The translations under genes and the position numbers were made by a program. DNA of 64,000 nt from Octopus vulgaris (lineage: Eukaryota), in assembly GCA_951406725.2 (NCBI GenBank), contig OX597821.1:1736001-1800000 (forward strand). The letters are read 5' to 3'. The notes beneath the pieces are model-generated. The model was not told the origin of the DNA. It ran no database searches and worked only from the letters and a program-made list of their open reading frames with translations. Shown here in pieces: positions 1-15,909 of this stretch. How positions within the stretch are numbered: position 1 is the stretch's first letter; each line of letters opens with the position of its first letter.

Positions 1-126
1 AGCATAACAAATGCACAACCGGTAAGAAGAACTTTCACCTAATTAAATACACTCTCCCTTACTTAAATTATTTTTTCAGCATTTTCTTCATTTCCTTTTC
101 ATATATATATATATATATATATATAT

Positions 127-392
127 GGAGGCGAGTGGCTCAGTGGTTATGGTGTCGAACTCGTGATTGTAAGTTTGTGGTTTCGATTCCTGGACCGGGC
201 GATGTGTGTGTTTATGAGCGAAACACCTAAGCTCCACGCCGCTCCGGCAGAAGGTGATGACTAATTTCTGCTGACTTTTTCACCACAAGTTTCTCTCACT
301 ATTTCCTCCTGCATCTTGCAGCTAACCTGCGACGGACCGGCGTCCGTCCAGGTGAGGAACCTATACGCCAAGGAAACCGGGAAACCGGCCCC
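127..392 (+). mobile_element. tRNA-derived SINE, family D
   Basis: Head ggaggcgagtggctcagtggtta (A box) ... gtttcgattcc (B box); body shared with 46031-46262 and 57174-57485; between (TA)n tracts. Confidence 0.75.
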
Positions 393-415
393 TATATATA
401 TATATATGTGTGTGT

Positions 416-494
<79 letters not shown>

Positions 495-498
<4 letters not shown>

Positions 499-742
499 AT
501 TTAAAAGCACACCAAGACCGTTAGATTCACTTCAACATTTAAATTTAATTTGTCAAAAATAATTTTGTCGCTTTGAAACCGCAACTAGTTCACTAGAAAA
601 ATTTCAGGCTGCACTAAATTTTGTTAGTGAACAGGTCACGGTTTCCAAGCGACGAAAATATTTTCAGAAATTAAATTCAAATCTTCAAGTGAATCGAACG
701 GATTTGTGTGTTTGTATACGTCTTATAAACACCTTCCTATAT
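495..742. mobile_element. Fold-back PLE pLTR element (G3-C8 hammerhead family), degenerate
   Basis: Imperfect inverted arms ~505-600 / ~620-715; homologous to 33733-34005; begins in (TA)n. Confidence 0.75.
620..670 (+). ncRNA. Degenerate hammerhead motif, G3-C8 core variant
   Basis: tttgtta GTGAACA g gtcac..gcgac GAAA ATAT TT; stem I eroded. Confidence 0.5.
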
Positions 743-945
743 ACGTTTCCTTATGTGGAACGAGTGATAGAAGATTGCTCAATACATCTCATATGGAATA
801 TAGCTTATTTTTTTTCACTGAAACTGACTGTTCGCGACTCGAATTTCAAACCATTGGAATCTTCGGTATTTCACCTGAAGTGGAACCTGAATGGGGAAAT
901 AAACCCTTAATTTATTTTCAATAAAATGTCATAGGCGCGTGTACG

Positions 946-982
<37 letters not shown>

Positions 983-1179
983 ACATACACACACACGCAC
1001 ATACACAGACACTCACACACACACATCAACGCCGCACACGTCTATACACAAACACATAGCTAGAAGCACACACACACACGTCTATTTATCTATCTGTCTG
1101 TCTATCTACCTATATATATATATGTGTGTGTGTATCTACCTACATATCTATCTATCTATATGAACCCAGAAATTGAAAA

Positions 1180-1600
1180 CAGAGGGTTACCCACTTGCAA
1201 ACAAATGTGGTAACCGAGGTTACCGTGGTCCTTTTCGTAGGCTTTTCTTCGTAGGCTTTTCTTCCCACGGATAAACCTTATCTGCTTTCCCCTTTACACT
1301 GTACATCATGACACTGTGATACACGATCCCTATTGATGGTTTTTTTTTCTCTCCCCCTTTTTTCCTCTTTTTTCTTCCTTTTTTATTTTTCTTTTCCTTT
1401 TTTCCTTTTTTTCTTTTCCATTTTCCTTTTTTTCTTTTCTTTTTCCCCTTTTACAATCCCTTTTGATCGAAAACCTACGCCACTTTCTTTTGTTTCTTTT
1501 TTTTTGTTTTTTTTTTTGTTTTTTTCACCCCACAAAAGAAAAGCTCTACCTTGTAACTTGTCCCATCTGTGTGCAGCTATGTGTGGCCAATAAAGAAACT
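1180..1600 (+). mobile_element. Probable LINE 3' UTR remnant ending in aataaagaaac + (TATC)n
   Basis: Pyrimidine-rich tract, polyA-like signal, simple-repeat tail; last ~55 nt homologous to a SINE family B tail. Confidence 0.4.
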
Positions 1601-1675
1601 TATCTATCTATCTATCTATCTATCTTTATCTATCTATCTTATATATATATATATATATATAGATAGATAGATATG

Positions 1676-1871
1676 TGACCTCGTGTGTACCGTTGGCGAT
1701 TTTGTATCCTCTGTCTTCCCTCCTCTGGATCTTTCCTTCTATGTTTCCGACGAAGAGCTCCGCTCGAAACGTTAAACCCTCCTTCTTTCCTTCTTTCCTG
1801 AGCATCCAATAACACTATATTTGTTCCACGTCCTCGCGTTGTGTTTTTTGTGCTTTCTTGTTTGGATTAAC
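1676..1871 (+). mobile_element. Solo PLE pLTR with hammerhead
   Basis: Homologous to 60355-60545; ends tttggattaac followed by (TA)n. Confidence 0.7.
1743..1777 (+). ncRNA. Minimal type-I hammerhead ribozyme motif
   Basis: gttt CCGACGA a gagc tcc gctc GAAAC GTT aaac: stem I gttt/aaac, stem II gagc/gctc, palindromic stem III (AACGTT); U4C change in core. Confidence 0.7.
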
Positions 1872-1916
1872 TATATATATATATATATATATATCTGTAT
1901 CGTATGTATGCATATG

Positions 1917-2501
<585 letters not shown>

Positions 2502-3434
2502 TATATATATATATATATATATTTACATTCACCATGTGTATGGTGTGTGTTCGATTATATTGTTGTGTGTGTGTTTAAACACGTCCGCACACATTAATGG
2601 ATTTTAAGAGTTCGTATCTGTGCCCCTTTTGAGAATAGCATCTATTAGTTCTAATGAATTCGCTCCTCATTATGGTTATAATGTGAATTGATTATCATCA
2701 ATTATTTTCCGCTCGCCATGTCAAAAACTTAAGCGTTTGCCATAGATACGTCTGCGCGTTTGTGTGTGTGTTTGAGTGCTGAAACGTGTCTGTCGGTGTA
2801 ATTGCTCCAGCATGTCAAAATATATGCATATATTCGTTTTATATTTCAAAAATATGCTCAAACATTATGTTCATGCTGGTGTGTACTGGCGTATATAAAT
2901 TTGTATTTACAAGCGTGTATATGAATTCTTCTACATATTTGAAGACTTAGAGAACAGGACGTATTTTTATTTATTTGAGCTTTAGCTTTATTCTTTATTT
3001 TGTTATTTTTGTTTTTGCGGTTCCATTTTCCAGTTAACAAAAATAATTCCTTCCTTGGGCGACGGATTAATCTGCAATTCAGATTACACCGAAAATATAA
3101 AAAAAAGGCCCAAACAAAAGGAGAAAAATACAAGAAAATAAACAAATAAATGACAATGGCTGGTAACAACAAGAGCAAGAACAACAATGAGAATAATAGT
3201 ACAAGGAATAACAGCAACGTATAACCACTACCACCATTAACACCGCCACCCAAACAACAACACCAAGGAAACTAATAACAAAAACAACAGTAACAACAGC
3301 TAAAAAAACAACAGATGTATCAACCAATAAGAAACGATACATCAGCACGCTACGACCATTATCGCGGTTCCAACATGAAGACCAAGAACGATGACAAACC
3401 AACAACAAAAGACTAATAACAATTACAGACTACT

Positions 3435-3830
3435 ACTACTACTATGACAACGACGACGACAACTACTACTGCTACTACTACTACTACTACGACTACTACT
3501 ACGACTACTACTACGACTACTACTAGTACTGCCACCATCATGAACCACTACCGCCATTAACTTATTGTTGCGACGCACATTCATTTTTATATTTTTGAAA
3601 TAAAAAAAAAAGACTATAAGCTTTAAATATTCCTGCCATAAAACGTAAAGAGTTGTAATATTCACTCAACAAAAAGAACAAAACAAAAACAGAAAAGAAA
3701 AGCAGCAGAAAGAAAACTAACAAAAACAAAATATAAATATGACAACAGAATCAATAACATCAAAACAGAAAAAGCAGGAACGGCGAGAATATCCATAATA
3801 ATAATAATAATAATGATGATGATGATAATG

Positions 3831-3909
<79 letters not shown>

Positions 3910-3961
3910 TAGAAATAATAATAATGAAAACAATCATATGATAATAATAATCTTAATAATG

Positions 3962-4037
<76 letters not shown>

Positions 4038-4250
4038 CAGCAACAACAATAATAATAATAATAATAATAATAATAGTACTATTGATAGTAATATTAATAG
4101 TAATAGAAATAATAATGATAGTAATAATAATACTAACACTAATGAAGACGATGTTCATGATGATAATGATGATGGTGATGATGATGACGATGATGATGAT
4201 GATAATGATGATGATGATGAGAATAATGATGATGACGGTGAGGATGTTGG

Positions 4251-4302
<52 letters not shown>

Positions 4303-4367
4303 AATTTATTAATAATAATAATAGTAATAATAATAATCATAATAATAATAATCATAATAATATTAAT

Positions 4368-4403
<36 letters not shown>

Positions 4404-4656
4404 CATCATAATAATAATAATAATGATAGTGGTGATAATGGGGCAGGAATTCCAAGACGAAGAACATCATGAAAAGTAGGCATAGTCATGGTAATTAGGT
4501 ATTTCTTTGTTGACAGCACATTCCCGGATGTTAGACTGTCTGGGATTTCATAAAGAAGAGAAAGATTGACCCGAATATAGCGAAACTCCAACTAAAATTA
4601 AATGGTTAGCATCGCAGCTTTCTTGATAAGTAGCAGCGGAATTGACGCAACTACTA

Positions 4657-4725
<69 letters not shown>

Positions 4726-4955
4726 GGTTTTCCGATATGTTCGCTCTGTTTTTTTTTGGATATATCAACTTGCGATTTAAAAAAATGCGATCTAGACATT
4801 TTGGATAAAGTCGTTGCAATTTACCTTGCTTGAAAAAATAAAAACAGAAAAAGGCGCGATGGCCATGGTTGGATAACTTTTTGATTGTAGGTTTGCTCCA
4901 TAATGGAGGTGCAACATGGAATGATAAACATGAATTGCTACTGCTTCTTCGGAAA

Positions 4956-5007
<52 letters not shown>

Positions 5008-5011
5008 GTTG

Positions 5012-5063
<52 letters not shown>

Positions 5064-5107
5064 GACTGTTGCTACTACTGCTACTACTACAGCTACTACG
5101 ACTGTTG

Positions 5108-5158
<51 letters not shown>

Positions 5159-5188
5159 TTGCTACTACTGCTGCTACTGTTGCTGTTG

Positions 5189-5229
<41 letters not shown>

Positions 5230-5266
5230 GCTACAGCTGCTGCTGCTGCTGCTGCTTTTGCTGCTG

Positions 5267-5315
<49 letters not shown>

Positions 5316-5335
5316 CGCTAATTTCGCTGCTGCTG
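3435..5335. repeat. Trinucleotide microsatellite cluster (TAC)n,(AAT)n,(GAT)n,(TGC)n
   Basis: Direct reading; source of poly-I/L/S/T ORFs. Confidence 0.95.
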
Positions 5336-6527
5336 TTGCTGTTACAGATTATTATCATACCAGTGCTACTGCTGTGTCAGGCGGTCTGAAATATCAATTA
5401 TGGCGCTAGAAGCATTGCTGTTTTATTATGCCATTGAACTTCGATAATAGAAAGAATTTATTTGAATTCACTGATTCTACACAAACTGAATTGAGTCGCA
5501 TTGCTGCTCTTTAGACCCGCGCCAGCCGTCGTTATGCCGGCCTCCGATCAAAAAACGTCCAAGCTACAACCATTCCATGTTTGTTTGAAAATATGATGTA
5601 TCATGCACTAATTCACCCTAGATACAATACGGAGTGGAGTTTGAGGAAGGAAACTTTGTGTACGTATGCATGTGTGTGTTTACTTGTCTGTGTGTGTATG
5701 TGCACGCGTATGTTTATATGTATGACCATGTGTGCTTCCGTGTGTACACGATAATGACGAACAGTGAGAATTAGCACCCCACACCGCATGCGGTGGGTGT
5801 AGATATTCATAATTGTGAAATAATAATGCTACCATTGGTTTCATTCGAAGAAAAAAGAAAATACAATTTCTCAGTTTTCAAGCATTGTTCGTAAGAATGT
5901 TGGTAATCCACCTCCACGCTGGAAATGGCGATGTGGAATTATTATACTCGTATACATATCGAAACGGACAAAGCGATGCCGTGGTGCAATCAATGAGTGA
6001 AACAACCGAGAGAATATGTATACATCCATTTACATACACACATACGCACATTGGTAGATATATATCGACATACACATCCATCCATACAGACATACATACA
6101 CACATATATGTGTATGTGCATGAGTCACGTACAGACACAAACAAACACACATACATATATACATACTTGCACACACATACACATATATACACACATACAT
6201 ACACACACATATATATATTCTTGCACACATATGCACACACACAGACACACACACATATATATATATATATATACTTGCACACAACACACATATATTTGCC
6301 TAAACACACACACATAAATGGAATATGAACTATTGTTTCAAACGACGAATAATACAAATGGAATACAAAACAAGCAACATAAAGAACGATCCTTCATCAG
6401 TTGTTGGCTGTTTTTCTACTCTCGTATTTCGATCATGTTAAATGCTCGAAAAAATAGTTCATATTCCATATACTCGTACCTCGTATGTTTTTGTTGTTGT
6501 ACACGTTTCATGACGTCCTGTGCCAAC

Positions 6528-6588
<61 letters not shown>

Positions 6589-6683
6589 TAAATTAGAGAC
6601 AAAACCACTATTATGCAAATCAAACAAAGAAAGACTTAAGCCAATACATGAAATAATTTATATAAATTAAATTTAATTAAAAT

Positions 6684-6737
6684 AACCACTACGATCGTTT
6701 CGTGTCAGCACTTCTATGAGACATTCTTCAGGTGGTT
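6684..6737 (-). ncRNA. Hammerhead ribozyme (left arm)
   Basis: Reverse complement of 6803-6856. Confidence 0.85.
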
Positions 6738-6802
6738 TCAAAACCTTCTTTGCAAGTTTTAAAGTATGAACTATAGTTTAAAACTTGCAAAGAAGGTTTT
6801 GA

Positions 6803-6856
6803 AACCACCTGAAGAATGTCTCATAGAAGTGCTGACACGAAACGATCGTAGTGGTT
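6803..6856 (+). ncRNA. Type-I hammerhead ribozyme
   Basis: aaccac CTGAAGA a tgtc..gaca c GAAAC GATC GTA gtggtt; perfect 6-bp stem I, palindrome ACGATCGT, GUA cleavage triplet. Confidence 0.85.
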
Positions 6857-6951
6857 ATTTTAATTAAATTTAATTTATATAAATTATTTTATGTATTGGC
6901 TTAAGTCTTTCTTTGTTTGATTTGCATAATAGTGGTTTTGTCTCTAATTTA

Positions 6952-7005
<54 letters not shown>

Positions 7006-7514
7006 TATATATGTAAGTATGCACATATACGTATGCATATATATACATATATATATTGTTTATATTATTATATGATTGAACGCCACGCATCCTCTTCCAA
7101 GTAAGTTTTATCTATCTATCTATCTCTCTATATATGTATGTATATACATATATATATGTTTGGGGCGTCCTATGGGACAACCTAGATGAAATATATATGT
7201 GTTTGTGTGTGTGTGTGTGTGTGTTTGTATATGTATTTAAGCACGCTTGTATATTAATTTATCGGACCTACACAGATCAAACAAAACTCACTCTCAGATA
7301 TATAATAACTAGTCATTGTTATTAAATACGAGGCCCCAGTTCTAGACAGATCTCTCTGAGTGGATACATACATATGTACTGAAAACACAAGTTTTCTAAA
7401 TTCAACGTCTTCGCTCTTTAACATTGGTCAGGAAATACTACAAACCAAGTGTGGATAGACAAGGAAAATACATTCATACAAACATAAAAACCGAGATAGA
7501 ATAAACTTTAACGG

Positions 7515-7900
7515 TTTGGCTGTGTGGCAAGTAGCTTGCTTACCAACCACATGATTCCATGGCACTTTGGCTAAGTGTCTTCTACTATAACCTCGGGCCG
7601 ACCAAAGCCTTGTGAGTGGATTTGGTAGACGGAAACTGAAAGAAGCCCGTCGTATATATGCATATGTATATATATATGTATGTGTGTCTTTGTGTGTCTG
7701 CGTTTGTCCCCCCAATATCGCTTGACAACAATGCTGGTGTGTTTACGTCCCTGTAACTTATCTGTTCGGCAAAAGAGACCGACAGAATAAGTACTAGGCT
7801 TAAAAAGAATATGTTCTGGGGTCGATTTGCTCGACTAAAGGTGGTGCTCCAGTATGGTCGCAGTGAAATAATTGAAACAAGTAAAAGAGAAAAATAAAAG
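7515..7900 (+). mobile_element. tRNA-derived SINE family A
   Basis: ggctgtgtgg..ccgaccaaagccttgtgagtggatttggtagacgg..tgaaacaagtaaaagag; internal (TA)/(TG). Confidence 0.9.
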
Positions 7901-8745
7901 AGAAACTGCATTCAACAGCAACTATTCACACACAAACTTTTTCTTACAATTGACATGTTGCATTTATACTGTTACCAACCTTACCTCTGGACACAATCAG
8001 TATCCCCCTCGTATCACAATAAAACACACATTTAGTGTAGAATAACATGTCATACATAGTATATAGATACAAATCGTAACCATTCGGGTACTAGGCTACG
8101 TAGAAACAATTTCCGTCCACTGTACCACTTGAAAGATTACATTTACAGACTCTTGACTCGTTGGAACTTATACTAGACATGTTCACTCAACCGTGTCAGA
8201 TTTAATTTTCGGCGTAAAAAATATTGTTACATGACATTAACGCAACCGACAGAGCGGGAACCTACAAATAATTTGAAGTGTAATCACGTGATCATCCTCT
8301 ACCACACTAGACACATTAAATTGAGAGAGCCTTGATTGTTTGAGACACGTTAACTCAGCTGTGACAACATGAACTTACGGTGCCATACATATGGCCATAT
8401 GACATTGAATAGCAGGACGTAACGAGGAACTTACAGAAATTTCTAAACCTAGTCACATGATCATTCTTACTCGGTCGGATCATATCCAAAACAGGCACTA
8501 ATTTGAGCCATGTTCTTTAGAAAGACAAGAGAGTTTTTGAAGTTCATTGAGAATCAAAGACAGCAGAGGCATAGCTTCATGTTTTTTTACATTTTTTATC
8601 GCAGATTTTGAAATGGGAAATCTGTGAAACAGACCCTTTCAAAATTCGAATATGAAAAATCTAGAATGACTCCCATTTTGCTATATTTCAACCCATATGG
8701 AATAAAATAGCTTTAGTTTACACACACGAACACAGACACAGACAG

Positions 8746-8784
<39 letters not shown>

Positions 8785-8907
8785 CATGCATACACATTCA
8801 AGAGAGTCAACTAGAACAAAATTTCTATATGTAAGAGATGGGGAATTATGTACATTATTTACATTATTTACATTTGACTGATATTTGTCCTCATCTGGCT
8901 TGTTGTT

Positions 8908-8950
8908 AACACAACGTTTCGGCTGATATACCCTTCAACTTTCATCAGGG
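8908..8950 (-). ncRNA. Degenerate hammerhead (left arm)
   Basis: rc: CTGATGA aagttg..cagcc GAAAC GTT gtgtt; 5' strand of stem I deleted. Confidence 0.5.
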
Positions 8951-9100
8951 AAAATTTCGAACCTGGGTTCTCATTCCTAAGGTATTTTTCTATTTTCTTC
9001 TTCTTCTTCTTCTGAGTTCGATTCCAGGCAATAACCTGAATAATAGTAATAACATCGAAAATAACTTTAGGAATGAGAACCCAGGTTCGAAATTTCCTCA

Positions 9101-9148
9101 AGATATCTGATGAAGGCTGGAGGGTACAACAGCCGAAACGTTGTGTTT
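9101..9148 (+). ncRNA. Minimal type-I hammerhead ribozyme
   Basis: agatat CTGATGA a ggctg gagggtacaa cagcc GAAAC GTT gtgttt; stem II ggctg/cagcc; stem I with G-U pairs (gacac/gtgtt in the 15028 copy). Confidence 0.8.
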
Positions 9149-9591
9149 AACAACAAACAAGATGAGGACAAATATCCGTCTAACGTAAATATTGTAGAAA
9201 AACCGTCTTTTTATATTTGAATACGCTATGTTTAACCATTACAGATTTTGTAGAACGAATTGAGAATTAATATAAGTATATATCAAGAGAACATAGTAGA
9301 GACCTAAGGAACAAACAGATATCAACTTCATGAAGTAACTGAAGATAATAACATAGAAATGATACGAAAACAATAAATAATATTGAAATAATATAGAAAA
9401 CTTAATAAATAGATATCATGAAATGAAGGCTTCAAATGGAAACAATTCCCAGAATAGATAAGTGTATGTGTATATGTGTATTTGGTTATAGAATAGCAGA
9501 GAAGAAAGATTAATATATAATAAGATATATTAAATAGAGGTACACATTTATATATATGTATATATATATATATATACATATATATACATAC

Positions 9592-9646
<55 letters not shown>

Positions 9647-9648
9647 GG

Positions 9649-9685
<37 letters not shown>

Positions 9686-9686
9686 T

Positions 9687-9736
<50 letters not shown>

Positions 9737-10076
9737 CATACACACACATATAATATATATGTCGATATATGTGGATATATATGTGAATATATATGAGAGA
9801 GTGTGTGTAGATAAATAAGTATCTACTGTCAGAGATATATATTAAGAAAAAAAAGAAGAAAACACTTAATGAATAAACAGGAAGCAAAATAGAAACGCAG
9901 TCAAAATTTCTAGAAGGAAATATATGTACTTTGATTTTTTAAATATATTTTCAGTGTTAAAATGATAAAATGCTTTGAGGAATATTTGCGGCTATTTCAC
10001 TTGAATTATTAATGTGTTTTCTTGAGTGAGCGTATACTTTTAACTGTATGTATATATAAGTATAATGTTTATATAG

Positions 10077-10119
<43 letters not shown>

Positions 10120-10170
10120 TGTGTGTGTATATATATGAATATATATATTTATATATATACATATATATAC

Positions 10171-10203
<33 letters not shown>

Positions 10204-10814
10204 CATATATGTCTGTAAATATACATACGCATCTATACACATATATTACAATTATTTTAGCACATAGATGCAGATGTTATTCCTAATGACAATATGATGT
10301 CAGCAATTGTGATATGGTACAGCATAGCACGAGAAGATATATACACACTAACACAGTGAACCATACACAGAGTACGCACATCCAAACACACTCACACGTA
10401 TCTCCTTTACCTAGATATATGTATGTATATAAATTCATACACGTTTGTACGTATGCATATATATATATATATATTTACATATATAGGCTTAGTTTGAAAA
10501 TAACCTGCCGCCTCAGGCTGGGTGTTTGGCTTCTCTTGAATAAATAGCCAAAGAATACAAAATATATTTTGAATAATTTAAACAAGAACTGTGTATGTGT
10601 CGAGAATAAATATTTCACTTGGTTCTTTTATTTCATGGAGAATTGTTACAGAGACCATTAATTATAATACATTCAAAAAGAACTCATAAGGAATTGTGAA
10701 GGATAGTATAAATGAGAAAAAATGTTACAACTAAGACACAACCGTATTTTCAATATATCATTTCCTATAAATATGTATGTGTGCGTGCCTCTATCGCTAT
10801 CTAGGTCTGTATGA

Positions 10815-10901
<87 letters not shown>

Positions 10902-10961
10902 TTTATGAAGAAATATATATATATATGTCAGTGTATATATAATATATATATATATACATAC

Positions 10962-10995
<34 letters not shown>

Positions 10996-10999
10996 GTCA

Positions 11000-11403
11000 T
11001 TCTTTTATTCTTTTACTTGTTTCAGTCATTTGACTGCAGCCATGCTGGAGCACCACCTCAAACAGTTTTAGTCGAAGTAATTGACCGCAGGACTTATTCA
11101 TCGATAGCCTAGTACTTATTCTATCGGTCTCTATTGCTGAGCCGCTAAATTACGGTGAAATAAATTAACATCGGTTGTCAAGCGAAGGCCGAGGAACGGA
11201 CATAGACACACATGCATAAATATATTAAATACATATATCCAATGGCTTCTTTCAGTTTCCGTCTACCATAATCCACTCACAAGTCTTTTTATTGGCCTGA
11301 GGCTATAATAGCAGACACTTGCACAAGGTGTATGGCAATGGGTCTGAATCCGAAACCATGCGGTTGAGAAGTAAGCTTCCTACCACACAGCCACACCTGC
11401 GCC
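11000..11403 (-). mobile_element. SINE family A (older copy)
   Basis: Reverse complement of family A, diverged. Confidence 0.85.
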
Positions 11404-11495
11404 TATATATACATGTACATACATGCATACATACATACACATATATATGTATGTACATACATGCATACATACATACACATATATATGTATGTATA

Positions 11496-11908
11496 TAGGC
11501 GCAGGAGTGGCTGTGTAGTAAGTAGCTTGTTTACTAACCACATGGTTCCGGGTTCAGTCCCACTGCGTGGCATCTTGGGCAAGTGTCTTCCACTATAGCC
11601 TCGGGCCGACCAAAGCCTTGTGAGTGGATTTGGTAGACGGAAACTGAAAGAAGCCCGTTGTATATATATATATATATGTGTGTGTGTTTGTGTGTCTGTT
11701 TTTGTCCCCCTAGCATTGCTTGACAACCGATGCTGGTGTGTTACGTCCCCGTCACTTAGCGTTTCGGCAAAAGAGACCGATAGAATAAGTACTGGGCTTA
11801 CAAAAGAATAAGTCCTAGGATCGATTTGCTCGATTAAAGGCGGTGCTCCAGCATGGCCGCAGTCAAATGACTGAAACAAGTAAAAGAGTAAAGAGTAAAA
11901 GAGTAAAA
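11496..11908 (+). mobile_element. SINE family A, full length
   Basis: taggcgcaggagtggctgtg..ggttcagtccc..(aaaagagt)n tail. Confidence 0.92.
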
Positions 11909-11909
11909 A

Positions 11910-11955
<46 letters not shown>

Positions 11956-12270
11956 CTACACGAACACACACACATATTAATGTTTAGTTTATGTTTTGTT
12001 ATAATAAAAACGATCTTAAATGAATCTGATGGGTTTCTGTATACTTTTCTTGAAAAACAAACTTTTTCGTACACAGGGACGATGCTGACAGTGAGTTCGA
12101 AGTTTCGGCCAGCTAAAGCTTGTGTGTATGAATATGTATATATATATCTATATATGTGTATAAGACACTGTGATTTTATATACAATCATGTACATGTTTA
12201 TCTCAAGGTATGGGTAAGTATAAAACTAACTACGTAAGTGCAGGCACGCGAATACACGTCTATATGTGTT

Positions 12271-12314
<44 letters not shown>

Positions 12315-12366
12315 TGTGTGTGTGTTTGTATGATCATAGGTTCCTGTCAAACAGTAAGAGAATATA

Positions 12367-12500
12367 CAGTTCTATATTTATGAAAGGAGGATTATGCACA
12401 TTATTTACATTATTTACATTTGTCGTATTGGTTAAGAGCACAGGCTACTAAATCCAAGTTTCTGAGTTCAATACCAGGCAGTGACCTTAATAATATTAAC
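12367..12500 (+). mobile_element. 5' part of tRNA-headed HHR element (split by Dong/R4 insertion)
   Basis: Inverted pLTR stub matching 8822-8878, then tRNA-like ttggttaagagcacaggctactaaatccaagtttctgagttcaataccaggc. Confidence 0.6.
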
Positions 12501-12584
12501 AACAACAACAAGAACAACACCACCAACACCACCACCACCACCAACAACAACAACAATAATAATAATAATAATAAATAAAAAAAA

Positions 12585-14980
<2,396 letters not shown>

Positions 14981-15135
14981 TCGAAAAATACCTTAGGAAT
15001 GAGAACCTATGTTCGAAATTTCCCCAAGACACCTAATGAAGACTGGAGGGTATATCAGCCGAAAGTTTGTGTTAACAATAAACAAGATGAGGACAAATAT
15101 CCGTCAGATGTAAATAATATAAATAATGTAAATAT
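14981..15135 (+). mobile_element. 3' pLTR part of tRNA-headed HHR element
   Basis: Matches 9057-9196; degenerate HHR gacac CTAATGA..cagcc GAAAG TTT gtgtt at 15028-15073. Confidence 0.75.
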
Positions 15136-15909
15136 GTAAGAGACTATTCTCCCTTGAAATCAACATCCCGTCAGATTATGCGGGGTGTGGGGTATATCGG
15201 ATTTTGTACACATATAAAACCCCAAGTAGGCAGGATAGTCAAAGAAGGAATAGCTTTGAACATAGGACAATCTGGATTTAGATAAAAACATAAGACTTGT
15301 TGAAAACCGTAAAACCAGTAAGCAATAATGATTTATTTGCTGAAGCGTGAAAATTCTACGGTTATTTTGAAACTGTAAATGGTTAGAAGTTGGTTGGGAA
15401 GCCTATGATATGTAAATTCTGTAGAAGCAGTTTTTTTATATCTGAAATATTTGCTTTTTAAAATCGTGTAAAATCTACATATGTAGCACTGAAAGAGCTG
15501 TGTCAGGAAAGCGGCTCTTTGAACGCCGTTTTCTTTGCTATACACTTGTCATATTTCCTTACTTGATGCTTCTTATTTATTATTTTGCACTTATCGACAA
15601 GGTGTGAACAATATTCACCATGGAATGAAAATTCAAGTCATATCGTATCATTAACACTGTTCTGTCATTGTAAATTTACGTTAGTAAGGCATTAACATAC
15701 CGTAATTGAATGTAGATCTTTAATCTTTTGTCATTAATCTTTTCTCTTTTATCTTTTATTTTTTACTTATTTCAGTCATCAGAGTGCAACCATGCACACA
15801 CGCGCGCACACCTACACCCAGGCACAGACAAACAGACGGACCGACACACGCACATCACACACACAAACACACACATATATATATGTAGTTATGTGTGTGT
15901 ATATATATG

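Larger units (their letters stand above)
6578..6960. mobile_element. Near-perfect ~380-bp palindrome of two inverted PLE pLTRs between (TA)n tracts
   Basis: Arms ~6578-6763 and ~6777-6960, about one mismatch, 13-nt spacer gtatgaactatag. Confidence 0.9.
8822..9196. mobile_element. Fold-back HHR element with central tRNA B-box fragment
   Basis: Inverted arms ~8858-8990 / ~9057-9196; centre tctgagttcgattccaggc; homologous to 12367-12500 and 14981-15135. Confidence 0.8.

Noticed and set aside
868-912. tcacctgaagtggaacctgaat as a hammerhead 5' half
   Set aside because: Core deviates and the matching stem II/GAAA half is absent
4430-4950. Possible minus-strand exons (acceptor ctaac..ttttag at ~4592; donor aag|gtaaat at ~4824)
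   Set aside because: No recognisable protein in any frame; splice-like motifs alone are insufficient without RNA-seq
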